From assembly GCF_001194135.2 (NCBI RefSeq), contig NC_068982.1, positions 10,491,715-10,551,445 on the forward strand: a DNA stretch of 59,731 bases, given 5' to 3'. Each line of letters opens with the position of its first letter. Position 1 is the first letter of the stretch. Below are positions 11,461 through 24,101 of this stretch, piece by piece. The notes beneath the pieces are model-generated. The model was not told the origin of the DNA. It did not search any database and worked only from the letters and a program-made list of their open reading frames with translations. Made by a program: the position numbers and the translations under genes. This stretch comes from Octopus bimaculoides. Taxonomy: Eukaryota.

Positions 11461-11675
11461 CAGTGATTTCAATGATAATAATAATAATAAAGATAATTAC
11501 ATCGAAAAATACGATAGGAATGAAAAACCCAGGTTCGAAATTTCCTCAAGACACCTGATGAAGGCCGGAAGGTATGTCAGCCGAAACGTTGTGTTAACAA
11601 CAAACACGATGAGGACAAATATCCGTCAAATGTAAACAATGTACATAATTCCTCATCTCTTAAATATAGAACTGT
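11461..11675 (+). mobile_element. PLE pseudo-LTR-like body downstream of the tRNA head, with (AAT)n linker and hammerhead
   Basis: Second copy at 48700-48810 shares ACATCGAAAAATAC..AGGAATGA.AAC..GTTCGAAATTTCC.CAAGA..CCTGATGAA..CAGCCGAAACGTTGTGTTAAC. Confidence 0.75.
11550..11595 (+). ncRNA. Minimal type-I hammerhead ribozyme with palindromic stem III (dimer-dependent type)
   Basis: GACAC-CTGATGA-A-GGCCGG(AAGGTATG)TCAGCC-GAAA-CG-TT-GTGTT. Stem I ACAC/GTGT, intact core, self-complementary AACGTT; predicted cleavage after 11590. Confidence 0.75.
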
Positions 11676-14063
11676 ATTGTAATGATATCCGGAAATTTCC
11701 TGTTTTTAGTTTATGCGGCAAAGGAGCTGCCATTATGATGCAGAACAACTGGCATCTGGCAGAGATACATTCATTCTTTTTCGGTCAAATTTCGATCTGA
11801 TATGTGACAAATTTAATGAATTGGAAAGAATCCATTTAACTAAAGAAGGTTATTGTTTAACTTCGTACCTTTTCGCGAGTATTAACAAGCATAAAATGCG
11901 TGTAATTTCAAGATAAGGGCGAAAAATATGGAATTCTGATGTAGTATTAGTTGATTTTATGACATCTAGTTTATATTGACTTAGTCTGTACGTTGAAGTA
12001 AGATTAAGCAGAAAGAATTAAATAACTTAATCGAAATGCTTTCATTTAATCTTAGCAAAATAAGAAAAGTAACAAATGAGTTACTATAATCTCTTTTTTC
12101 TCGACTCACTTATATGCTGTACGCTTATCAAGTTTTGTGACGGTTGAAAGATACACTAATAAAAAGGATAGTAGAAGTTCTCGAACATGTTTTGAAGCTG
12201 ATGAGAACGATTTCACTGAAATTATTACATTATTTGTAATACGTAAATAGTAGTTCACACTTTCGCAACTAAATCTTGTCAATTCTTTATACTAAGTGTA
12301 AAATATTTCTGGATTATATAACATTTCCAAACACCTTCACGATAGAAAGAATATTCCAAGACATAATTTAAAAGACTGAGTATTCACTTCGATGAGAAAT
12401 CTCAGTGTGTTCCGTCACTGAATTTTGTTGTTTTTTCATTAGATGAAATTAATATTTCTTTACAGGTTACTGCAGAATATATTCGGAGCATGACAAAAAT
12501 TATCTATCCTTGTTTGACATGATTCTGATCCAATTTATATAATATGATTTTGTATCCCCCCCCCCTCATAAAAACTAATTATCAAATTAATCAAGCATTT
12601 ATTATCATATTAATTAAAGAAAAATAAATATCTTATTTTAATTAGATAACCACAAAAATCACATTACCTTTGAAGAACTATGCCTTGGTTATCTGGTTTT
12701 CTGTCATCTTTTGTGTATAAATACTCTCAAACACAAACGGATTTGAATCACCTTATTTGATTGGCGATGAAAGAAGAAGAAAAGCTGGTATTGGGGAATA
12801 TGAATAATAAATGTATCTAATTAGAGCTTGAATAATTGATAAAATTAATTACTCTATTCTAATCAAATTAAATAACGTCCATTCCACTTTGTAGTTTAAT
12901 AGAAATATTATGGAAAGGATTCACTACAGTGAAGTCTGAAAGGAAATAAGAAAAAGTTATTAATTTTACAAATTCGAGAATAAAAGTATTATTCTGTTGA
13001 TTTGTCAAAACATATTAAGCCAGTTGATTCGAAAATAAAAGGAACGTTGAGAATATTTATCAATACATAATGTAGAAATCTTTCCCTGGAGAACGTATCA
13101 ATGTCTTACGTCTAAGTATTTATGTAAAAGAAGTGTAAAGGCACCGACAAGCAAATAGACAAAGTCGGTAGTATATGATCACTTATGTCTCACAATAATT
13201 ATACTTGCCAAGCCATTAACTTGTATCGATTCTTCTATGAACATATACTGAGAAAATTGGATCGATATTTTCAGATTATGGTATTCGACAACATTTACTT
13301 GAATAAAGAAACGTGATGGAAAACGACAAAAATCAATAAAGGTTAGTGGAAGAGTCTCTTCGTATCTGCCAAGTTCGGAGAAAACTTGATAGGATCATGA
13401 GTTCTCACATATAAGACATGAAATATAAGAAGCGAATGTGAGTTGCTGCTCCGTTAGAATAATTATATGGTTCTAGTGGATTTACTACTAGACTCCGTCA
13501 CAACCATCAGAAATGAAAAGTTCGGGATTTGGAGGAAATGGTGGAGTGCTACACTGAATGCAATAATTCCCTCTGATAACGATTATCATTTCAAATTCCA
13601 CTGAGATCAACATTGTCTCTGATACATCGTTGTTGATTCGCTTACATTAAAGTAAATCATTAAAACACTAGTCAATATATTCAGAGATAAAAATACTCAT
13701 AGAAATTTTGATAAATCTAGAAAGTTTGTTTTGTATCCGATATACATCTAAGATAAAGTCGGACATTTAGGTACATTACTTAGATAATTTAGAACTAAAT
13801 ATAGAAAGGAATATTTCTCGATAATTATGCATATATATATATATATATTGATATATCTGTAAAGAAATCATCGCTACCCTGAAAGATAATCCTGCGAAGG
13901 AAAGATCTCGAACTACGTTGTTTGACAACCAGCCAATCAACAATCATTTTCATATTTTCCTTAGTGATTCTGTTATCACGTCCTCGCAAAACATTATAGG
14001 TCATCCTTACTTATACGAACAGAATACTGCCGAAGCAGGTAATAACTTCCCACTCGTTCTCGA

Positions 14064-14112
14064 TCATGATGACGACGACGACGACGATGATGATGATGAT
14101 GATGATGATGAT
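14064..14112. repeat. (GAT/GAC)n trinucleotide repeat
   Basis: Directly visible; source of the poly-Asp in ORF 13918-14208. Confidence 0.95.
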
Positions 14113-14114
14113 CT

Positions 14115-14360
14115 GAAAATTTCTGAGAGAGGAGCTAGTTTATTATATAGACAACAACAACAACAACAGGTTGAAGGACATGGAAAAGGAATCTCCTTTA
14201 GAGATTGAAAGTTTGCATTTTTACGGACAGGAAAGTTTACCAGGAAGGTCTTAGGTGCTTGAAAGACTATTGAAACCTAGTGGATAACTAAGGTTACAGG
14301 TAGGAGCCCGCTACCCACAAAATTTCTACCAGGAATAAGAAGGAACCTGAGTCAGATCAA
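14115..14360 (+). mobile_element. Degenerate 3' end of an R4-like RLE LINE
   Basis: GTTTGCATTTTACGGACAGGAAAGTTTACCAGGAAGGTCTTAGGTGCTTGA reads VCILRTGKFTRKVLGA*, resembling the R4-type terminus ACLLGTARIIRKVL*. Confidence 0.5.
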
Positions 14361-14384
14361 TCATTATTATTATCATTTTAAATT

Positions 14385-14578
14385 TTTGCCACAACGTGGG
14401 CACCTTGGGAAGGGGAGGAGTAGTCGATTACATCGACCCCAGTGTTCAACTGGTACTTATTTTATGGAAGCCCAAAGCAAAGTTGACCTCAGTGGAATTT
14501 GAACTCAGAACATAGCGGCAGGCGAAATACCGTTAAGCATTTCGCTCGGAGTGCTAACAATTGTGCCAGCTCGCCGCT
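14385..14578 (-). mobile_element. tRNA-derived SINE family 1
   Basis: Reverse complement begins GCGGCGAGCTGGCACAATTGTTAGCAC; contains B box and core. Confidence 0.88.
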
Positions 14579-15290
14579 TTAATAATAATAATAATAATGT
14601 TTAAGACGTTAATGTTATTTAATATGAAATATGCGCTTCATTCCTATATATACATATTAGTAATAGTTTGCGTTCGAACTGAGAACTTATATTCCTTAAC
14701 TAGAAACTCAATCTCGTCCTATAATCCCATGATGCGTTATCGGATATGTCGAAAGAGACTGTCAGTAATTTATTGTTTTTCACTATAGCCATTCAGTTAA
14801 GGTTTAAAAAATATAATATCGAATCCGATGTTCGACACAAATGCTGTTCATGGCTGTGAATAGAAGATGATTAAGATAAATGGTGCGAATATTGGCTTTT
14901 CGGGAATTCTATTGTTTTCGAATCATATTGCAGGAAATATTGGTAATGGAAGCTGACAAATGGTTATTATGATTCGAAGGGTTAATAGTTGCGATTTCTT
15001 CTCCATGGAGAAGAATTTTATTCTCGAATATTTTAGTAAAATATCCGTACACACCATTATTTTCTAAGCTTTTTTTATAACATCTATTTTATGTTTTTTT
15101 TTTTTNNNNNNNNNNNNNNNNNNNNNNNNNNNNNNNNNNNNNNNNNNNNNNNNNNNNNNNNNNNNNNNNNNNNNNNNNNNNNNNNNNNNNNNNNNNNNNN
15201 NNNNNNNNNNNNNNNNNNNNNNNNNNNNNNNNNNNNNNNNNNNNNNNNNNNNNNNNNNNNNNNNNNNNNNNNNNNNNNNNNNNNNNNNNN

Positions 15291-15350
<60 letters not shown>

Positions 15351-15351
15351 T

Positions 15352-15470
15352 ATTGGTTTCACATTTTGGCACAAGGCCGGCAAATTCGAGGGAGGGGTTA
15401 AGTCGAGTATATTGATCTCAGTGCTCAAATGGTACTTATTTCATCGATCTAGAAAAGATGAAGTTTAAAA
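15352..15470 (-). mobile_element. Old, 5'-truncated SINE family 1 fragment
   Basis: Reverse complement has GATGAAATAAGTACCA..GAGATCAATATACTCGACT..GGCCTTGTGCCAAAATGTGAAACC. Confidence 0.65.
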
Positions 15471-16479
15471 CAACGGCTAAAACTTTTCAGAAGCAGCACC
15501 TTGACTAATTTTATCAACGAGCCACCACATTGCATTCTTCCTTTGTTTTCTTTCTCCTTCTCTTTCTCTTTCTTTCCCTCTCTCTACCTCTCTCTTTATT
15601 TCCCTCTCTCTCTTTCCTACACTTCCTGACGATAAAGTATATCTTCAAATTATAAGTTTAGTATCGGCAAAACGAGTAAAAGTTGATTCCTATGTTTTTC
15701 CATACTTGATGGTTGTTGTTAGAGAAAGACAATAAGAGTGAAGTCTTTCACTGAGATTACCTTTCTTTTTGTTATCGTACTTCATAGGATGAACGGGAAT
15801 AGAAAATATTATTTCCCGTTACTGTACATCCGTAATTTTTGTACATGAGTATAGGTTACTTATAATGAAATTAACAAATCGTCGGAAAAGTAATGCAGAG
15901 CAAATAGAAATTATACAGTCACGTTTATGAATTTACAATAAGCTTTTCAATTTGGTCTTTTGCCAGTACATAACTATTTGTGCATTCCAATTCACTATCA
16001 TGCAAGGTTATGAATGTATATATACGATAAACTAAGGACTTTTACTTGACTAAATTAAGTCAACATAATACCCAATTTATTCAAAAAGATTCTAACAATA
16101 TCTTTGAATGCTTGCTATTATTATAAATTTATTGAGAAAGCGATTGAGTGCTAAAGAATTCAAAGGGGTTATTACATGTAATATATCAGAAAATTACACG
16201 CATTGGGAATCAAATGTAAAAAAATTATTTAGCAACTAATAGAAAACCACGCGTATAACTAATAAAAATGCTTTTGGTTATAAAATGTACGTAAGATGGT
16301 GTAACTCTATACCTTATGAAGAATCTATCCTGTTTTGTCTTGTTTTCTCCATGTACTCTGCAACATATTCAGAATTTAAATTCTTTCCAAAACATTACAC
16401 GAACGGAAATACACACGGAGCTGTAAATGCTGGTTGTTTGTCGTGCAATTTAAGTTTTAAATTACATTAATCATCTTTT

Positions 16480-16720
16480 ATCTTCCGCTTGCTTTAGTTA
16501 TTGGAGTGCAGCCAATGCTGGAGCACCTCCATAAAAGATGCTAATCGAACAAATTGATCCCTGTGTTAATTTTTAAGTCTGGCCCTTTATACGTCTGGCA
16601 TGTATAGGTCTCGTTTGCTGTAATACTAAGTAACATCGACATAAAGAAGCCAACTACCTATTGCCAAGCGATGGTAGGAAACAAACTCAACAGGAACACA
16701 AAGACACCCACATTCGAATA
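16480..16720 (-). mobile_element. Diverged 3' half of SINE family 2
   Basis: GCAGCCAATGCTGGAGCACC...CAAGCGATGGTAG, homologous to 52078-52250. Confidence 0.7.
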
Positions 16721-16796
16721 TATTTAATTTCCTTATATTTAATTTATATATTTAATTATATTAAATTTATATATTTAATTTTCTTATAGCCCCGTC

Positions 16797-16880
16797 GGTT
16801 CGGGGCTATAAGAAAAGAAACTTGCCCAAGACACAGCACTGCGTAATTGAATTCCAAAACACCCATTTTGTTTGTTTGTT
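16797..16880 (-). mobile_element. SINE family 2 head/CORE-like fragment
   Basis: CGGGGCTATAAGAAAAGAAACTTGCCCAAG matches the family-2 segment GGCTATAGTAGAAGACACTTGCCCAAG. Confidence 0.55.
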
Positions 16881-18329
16881 GGTATTTTTTATGACTAAAT
16901 TACATAAATCACATATGTTGCCACGTACACATCCGGTGGAAACAAAACTAGTTGGATGCTTATTTTCACTTACACACATTTTGTTATATCCGGGATCCAT
17001 CTGAAATTTAATATATACTCTCAAGGTAAAAAGCGAGAAACAGGATTTGCATAAACTCTTACAACTTGAGATCTGAATTCAATGAATAAGAAGTTGCTCC
17101 ATCCGAGTTAAATTATTGTGTACATATGAAATGGAGAATAGTTAACAGTAATGTTTTAAGAGAATATTTACTTATCAGGAAACAAAAGATAACTATATAT
17201 ATAACTAAACGTATTAATATACTTCAGAATTATTCATGCTACTTCAGAGTCAATCAACAAACATATGAATTTCTCTTGAATCTAAATATCATAATACTCG
17301 AGTTCATGACTCCTTTTAGTACATTTTATAATTCATAATATCTACAATGTAACGCCTTCAAATACAAGTCGTAAAGTGTATAGTTTTCGTAATAATAGGA
17401 AGCAAAACATAATTATATATATTTTTAAATATAGTGCTTCTCTTAGGTTTAAAACATCTAGAAGAAGCTACTATAATTTCTCATTGTTTAAAAGGTGTAT
17501 GTTAGAATTCGTTTCTATTGTTGTATAAATATGAGCGTAATTTATATTTTCATCAAAACAGTGATTTTCCCTTCTGGGTTACTAATGTTTCACACTTCAC
17601 ATTCCTTTCATCTCTAATGAATATTTCCTTGAAGTCAATATATATAATATTCTTCTCTGTTTTAATGGTGACTGTGTTGAATCGATATATCCTAAAGAGA
17701 ATTTATACTTTCGGTTCATGTAAACATATATATCTAGTCATAATGTATAATACATACGTTTTATATATGTCTTTGTAATTCGTGCTGTCTTCAAATAGAT
17801 TTCAAAAATTTTAACGTTTTCAACTTGGAAAATTATGACGCAACGAATTATTATTTCGCTACTAGAAAGATTATATTTCAACTGAAGAATAATTTCCTAA
17901 TTATACTTAGAATAATGTGTATACGCAATTTATTTATTTCAATATACGTATTCATATACGTATGTTTAAGTATACTTATTAAAGTTGGTTTAATTCTATT
18001 GATATGGCAAAGCACGAATATTTCAAGAATGGGCGAAAAAAATCTACAAAATTGCCCCAGGAAAAACTCTTTCATAGACCAATAGCGACATAAATATTAA
18101 AAGGAAATAGCATAACAGGAACTTTTATCATTCCAGTTCCAACCTACTCTGAAGTGACGTTGATAGACAAAGTTATTGATAGCAAAGCAGAAACCAAAAA
18201 CAAAATCCTTTTACGGCGATGATTCTTCAAAACAATGTTTTCCCATTTCAACAACACGCTTAAAATAGATTGAAAATAATAGCCACTTTTCGTTTATAAT
18301 TGTCTAATTAGACATATAATCAATTTTAT

Positions 18330-18610
<281 letters not shown>

Positions 18611-19294
18611 GTCAAAGAAAGGAAAGAGAGAGGGCGATATTGTTTGAATATTCTCCAGGGAGGAAACGTAAGTCACAGTAAAACCCTTGTATAATAAATT
18701 GAGTCTATTCCCAGTATCGAGAGCTTTCATGAGTAAATGGTTCCAATAATTTATCACTTAACGAATCTAATATATATGTGTACGTGTGTGTATATATGTA
18801 TGTGCATATATGTGTATTTGTATGAGAGTGTACATATATCAGTATGTGTGTATGCGCTGTGTGTTTATAAAAAGCGGTGAGTCATTGTGTTGCTACTCAA
18901 GTTTTCGCGATATATACTATCCTTCTGGTGCCAATGGATATAAATGTCTGCTGGGCTAGACAGGAAATCACTATACAACACATTATGGACAACACATTAT
19001 TTTCATTTGTTTTTACAAATCAAATGGTTTGATGTTGTGACCTACTGTGTGTTTAGGTAGCCGCAAGAAGGTAAACATATATCAATTACCATATCTGTAA
19101 TAAAGAGTGAAAAGAAGTAACTTCGACCTGTAGTCAGAGTAAGGGATTTCTTTTTTTTTTTTGCTATCTCCTTTTCAGAAGTAATATACGGAGCATGGTT
19201 GATATCGTAGAATATGTGATACGCTGTGTTACCTTCTGTTTTGTCCCTGCAGTTACCAAAAATGCCCCTTGGAGGGCGTTAGTTTCAATCATGA

Positions 19295-19555
19295 TATCGT
19301 CGTCGTGGTACTCCGTCGGTTACGACGACGTGGGTTCCAGTTGAGATCCGATCAACGGAACAGCCTGCTCGTGAAATTAACGTGCAAGTGGCTGAGCACT
19401 CAACAAACTCGTGTACCGTTAACGTAGTTCTCGGGGGAGATTCAGCGTGACACAGAGTGTGACAAGGCTGGCCCTTTGGAATACAGGTAGAGCAGAAACA
19501 GTGAGAGAAAGTTCTGATGAAAGAGTACAGCAGGGTTCACCACCATCCCCTGCCG
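19295..19555 (-). mobile_element. tRNA-derived SINE family 3 (Nin/Deu-domain-like), head lost in gap
   Basis: Reverse complement overlaps the + strand copy at 35154-35428 (CCAGCCTTGTCACACTCTGTGTCACGCTGAATCTCCC.GAGAACTACGTTAA). Domain name from memory. Confidence 0.8.
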
Positions 19556-20093
19556 NNNNNNNNNNNNNNNNNNNNNNNNNNNNNNNNNNNNNNNNNNNNN
19601 NNNNNNNNNNNNNNNNNNNNNNNNNNNNNNNNNNNNNNNNNNNNNNNNNNNNNNNNNNNNNNNNNNNNNNNNNNNNNNNNNNNNNNNNNNNNNNNNNNNN
19701 NNNNNNNNNNNNNNNNNNNNNNNNNNNNNNNNNNNNNNNNNNNNNNNNNNNNNNNNNNNNNNNNNNNNNNNNNNNNNNNNNNNNNNNNNNNNNNNNNNNN
19801 NNNNNNNNNNNNNNNNNNNNNNNNNNNNNNNNNNNNNNNNNNNNNNNNNNNNNNNNNNNNNNNNNNNNNNNNNNNNNNNNNNNNNNNNNNNNNNNNNNNN
19901 NNNNNNNNNNNNNNNNNNNNNNNNNNNNNNNNNNNNNNNNNNNNNNNNNNNAGTTTAACGCTCGGGAAGTGAGAAAGTCTTTTACGTTTCCAGCCTACGC
20001 TCTTCGTCAGAAAGGAACACAGAAATAAACAGGGAGAGAAAATTAAAAAAAGTTTTAGCGGTTTCCGATCTTTTTTGCTTTCCTTTTTCTTTT

Positions 20094-20290
20094 AGGCGCA
20101 GGAGTGGCTGTGTGATAAGTAGCTTGCTTACCAACCACATGGTTCTGGGTTCAGTCCCACTGAGTGGCACTTTGGGTAAGTGACTTCTACTATAGCCTCA
20201 GGCGGGCAAAGTCTTCTGAGTATATTCGGTAGACGGAAACTGAAAGGAGCTCGTCGTATATATATAATATCTTTGTGTGTGTGTGTGTGT
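20094..20290 (+). mobile_element. SINE family 2, 5' half (tRNA head, CORE-like segment, internal microsatellite)
   Basis: AGGCGCAGGAGTGGCTGTGTGATAAGTAGC..GGGTTCAGTCCC..TTGGGTAAGTGACTTC..GGAAACTGAAAG..CGTCGT(TA)n(TG)n. Confidence 0.9.
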
Positions 20291-20929
20291 GTCTTATTCA
20301 AGACGTTTTGCACATTTACAATTTCTACCTCATAGAATTTCAAGTGTAGTATATAATAGAACATATCATTTTCGTATACTTATATTGTACGGTGGCTAAA
20401 TACTAAACATTTAACAAGTTCCCTAAGTCATCTATATCCACGCTACCCTTAAGACAGTAGAACAACCGTGATAAAGTACATCTATAAGAATATGAAAGGT
20501 TATAAGTATATAATACTTAAGTATTAAATATTAGTTTGCTTATTTTCATACGAAAGTGGATAGCTTTGTTTCCATATTTAATGTATAGCTAAAAGAAAGT
20601 AACTCCATTCTGATCGATGTTAGAAGATAGTATTTCAACAGAAAGGATAGAGTAACAATTCTAGAGAACGGCTTGGATAAAAATAAGCGGAGGGGAAATA
20701 TTAGTTTATGGAAGAAAAAGTGACAATCTCGGAACTAGAATATTATGATATGAATTGCAATGTTTACACGGAATAATTTACGAAATGTATTAAAGCGTAT
20801 CAAGATCAGAAATCATTTTATTATTTCGAGTACAAGGTCATATATATTCACTTTTTGAAAGAAAGAAAGAGGTTCGCTATATTAACAATGACGATAATTT
20901 TGGCGATAACGACGGATTACAATGATGAT

Positions 20930-21000
20930 GATGATGACGATGACGACGACGACGACGATGATGACGGTGATGAAGATGATGAAGATGATGACGATGATCA
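20930..21000. repeat. (GAT/GAC)n trinucleotide repeat
   Basis: Directly visible. Confidence 0.93.
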
Positions 21001-21285
21001 TATAAATGACGGTAATCAGGTTGATTATAAAATCGCCCACGAATTGATGTTTACGAACTGGTTATGTTTGATTGAAACCTGGCGTGCTTATATATATATA
21101 TATATATTTAATTATATGTATTTCTTCTATCTTAATGAATAAAAATTCTTCGGATAGAATAAATGGGTTAAGAGAAACCAATGTAGCAAAGAAAACAAAA
21201 TAACTTTGGTGTAGTTCCTGTTTTTAAGGCAGGAACTCCTTGAAATTTTGGGTATTTGAGTATATTTATATATATATATATAAAT

Positions 21286-21510
21286 ATTCGCCATGATAGA
21301 TCGCTAACCACTACACACACTTTTTTCTCTGCTTGTTTCTCTGCTTGTTTCTCTCCTTGTTTCGTCCTGTATTCCTTTCTGTGGAAGAGCGTGGGCTCGA
21401 AACGTTAAAGACTTTTCAATTCCCCAGCGTTATACTAATACATCTGTTTGTTTTCTACATCACTTGTCTTCGTCTTTTGTTTTGTATTTTCTTGTGAATT
21501 CTCCCTATAT
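21286..21510 (+). mobile_element. Probable PLE pseudo-LTR-derived repeat carrying a hammerhead-like motif
   Basis: Pyrimidine-rich repeat with hammerhead architecture, ending in (TA)n; no ORF. Confidence 0.5.
21375..21410 (+). ncRNA. Non-canonical minimal hammerhead (A6U core variant)
   Basis: CTTT-CTGTGGA-A-GAGC(GTGG)GCTC-GAAA-CG-TT-AAAG. Perfect 4-bp stems I and II, AACGTT palindrome, same extra A after A9 as at 11550. Confidence 0.55.
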
Positions 21511-22511
21511 ATATATATATATATATATNNNNNNNNNNNNNNNNNNNNNNNNNNNNNNNNNNNNNNNNNNNNNNNNNNNNNNNNNNNNNNNNNNNNNNNN
21601 NNNNNNNNNNNNNNNNNNNNNNNNNNAAATTTACTTAACATCACATAGTTCTATAATTTTGTTTGGAAAGGCTATAGTTACGTTTAACCTAGTGTACAAT
21701 AGGTACATATCTATTGACCTCAGAATTATGAAATTATACTAATGAACAGAGAACATACAACTACAGTATATAAACAATACAAGACATCTGATTCGTCGAT
21801 TTACGAATTCTAGCATCGACTACCTTATAATACATTCAACTAATAATACTGTAGATTCTACTTAAATTCCAGTTTGCTTTGTGATACGTATAATGAACTG
21901 CGCCATCTCTGGAAGAGTTTACATTTGCACAACTGCTTTTCATTATGAAAACAAGAAAGTTATCTACCAACAGCCACATGAATTCAGCATCATATTTATT
22001 CTGTGACTGAAAGTAAACATAAACGTCCGTTCGGTCGCATAATTACATATAGAAATGCCTGAAAATGTCAATGTACAATGTCACACATGCGACTGAAACG
22101 AAATCTAACTATACGCCTTTCTTTAGTTCATGATACCCTTTTAACACAGAGGTGTCTTTCAGAATATTAAGTACTTATGTACGCATTATACTAATTCAAA
22201 TGGAAGGATATTGTTGATCAGGTGTGCTGACAAAAATCTATAACATCTATATTTATGGGATACAACACTATCTCCATATCTTCATGTAGTTAAGATCAAT
22301 GAAATCCTATTGTTTAGCAACCTGTTGCTTCCCAGCTTGTAAATAAATTTATCCTTCCGTTAATATTAGTCTGTGTTTAATTAATGAAGAAACGTTAATA
22401 GCTGCAATCCTACGATTAGGATTCTATTTATTTGAAAGAGAAAATAACACATTTGCAGCATTACCTTTCATAAAAGCAGCAGGTGTAAGTTGTCATGCAA
22501 GCATAACAACA

Positions 22512-22514
<3 letters not shown>

Positions 22515-22593
<79 letters not shown>
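22515..22593. repeat. (GA)n microsatellite
   Basis: Directly visible. Confidence 0.95.
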
Positions 22594-22597
<4 letters not shown>

Positions 22598-22740
22598 TCA
22601 CTCTTAGTACGTTGGCAGTGTTCTGCATTAAATGCATTTTATCATGAAAATTATCTAGCATATTGGTGACTCCAATTTCATTTGTTTTCTTCAGCAAAGT
22701 AACATCAGCCGTTTCAATGATAATGATGATGATGATGATA

Positions 22741-23215
22741 GGGCTACAGCAACTATTCTGCTCAGTACCACAGATTTGCTTGTCAGTTGTTTGACCTTAA
22801 ACACTTGTGATGTCACCTTTTTGTGGCTGACGCTATGTGCATCTCTGATCATGAGCAGAAGTAGTTGGGGAACATCATAGCCATGTGTTGTGAGGAATTC
22901 TGTGGGATTTAGACAATTCATCCCTGGAAACATGGTTGCTTCGTTCAACATCCTTAAGCAAACCTTAATCGGGGATCAAAAGATCCCAGAGCGGGATGAG
23001 CTACTCGACCTAAAGTAAATTCTAACTGGGCCCCAACTGCAAGGTCATGTGCTGTTTAATCTTGATATGAGATCACCATGTCGCGCATGTATGGTTGTAT
23101 TGCATGTGCCTGGTGTACCGTTATCAGATGGGCAGTCATGATGGGATTACTAGGCTTCGTATATTTGTACCCCAGTGTCATTTTGATGGTATGCACTGCT
23201 CTCTCATTCAATACT
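22741..23215 (+). mobile_element. Family B repeat, left end missing
   Basis: Collinear with about 3005-3465 (GGGCTACAGC...GGGCCCCA...GCACTGC.CTCTCA), moderately diverged. Confidence 0.85.
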
Positions 23216-23324
23216 AATAATCATTTCTATTAAAGACACAAGATCTGAAATTTGTGGGCAGGAGAATAGTCGATTACATCGACCACAGTATTAAGAAATT
23301 TATTGTCTCATATTTAATTTATCC

Positions 23325-23530
23325 TTTTCTACTTTAGACACAAGGCCCGAAATTTTGGAGGTAGGGGCCAGTCGATTAGATCGACCCCAGTACGCAACTG
23401 GTGCTAAATCTATCAACCCCGAAAGTATGAAAGGTAAAGTTGACATCGGCGGAATTTGAACTCAGAACGTGAAAACTGACGAAACGCCGCTAAGCATTTT
23501 GCCCGGCATGCTAACGATTCCGTCAGCTTG
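23325..23530 (-). mobile_element. SINE family 1 (plus a partial copy at about 23235-23290)
   Basis: Reverse complement has GGCGACAAGCTGACGGAATCGTTAGCATGCCGGGC..GAGTTCAAATTCCGCCG. Confidence 0.9.
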
Positions 23531-23550
23531 TCGCCTTACGTATTATAATA

Positions 23551-23634
23551 AAGACAAAACAATGTACATGAAAACACTTCCAATCAATTAAGATCAGAAG
23601 CCTTGAGAGCCACTGCCTGGTACTGCATCAGGGC

Positions 23635-23667
<33 letters not shown>

Positions 23668-23782
23668 TTATGTTTGACTTTTGTTTTGCATTTGTGTAAG
23701 TTGGATCCAAGTCTCACTCTTGAGGTCTCTGGGTGAGACTTGGATCCAACTTGTACAAATGCAAAACAAAAGTCAAACATAA

Positions 23783-23823
<41 letters not shown>

Positions 23824-24014
23824 NNNNNNNNNNNNNNNNNNNNNNNNNNNNNNNNNNNNNNNNNNNNNNNNNNNNNNNNNNNNNNNNNNNNNNNNNNNNN
23901 NNNNNNNNNNNNNNNNNNNNNNNNNNNNNNNNNNNNNNNNNNNNNNNNNNNNNNNNNNNNNNNNNNNNNNNNNNNNNNNNNNNNNNNNNNNNNNNNNNNN
24001 NNNNNNNNNNNNNN

Positions 24015-24101
<87 letters not shown>

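Noticed and set aside
12194-12225. CTGATGA...GAAA
   Set aside because: GAAA is not adjacent to a stem II, and no stem I or III forms.
13965-14038. Candidate 74-nt exon DSVITSSQNIIGHPYLYEQNTAEA
   Set aside because: Splice sites are plausible, but there is no recognisable homology or frame-compatible partner; such pseudo-exons are expected by chance.
16395-16421. Minus-strand PCVFPF resembling a fibronectin type II domain
   Set aside because: An in-frame stop follows two codons later, with no further FN2 residues.
20094-20170. tRNA-like sequences here and at 11396, 35154 and in family-1 heads
   Set aside because: Broken cloverleafs attached to repeat bodies; SINE heads, not tRNA genes.
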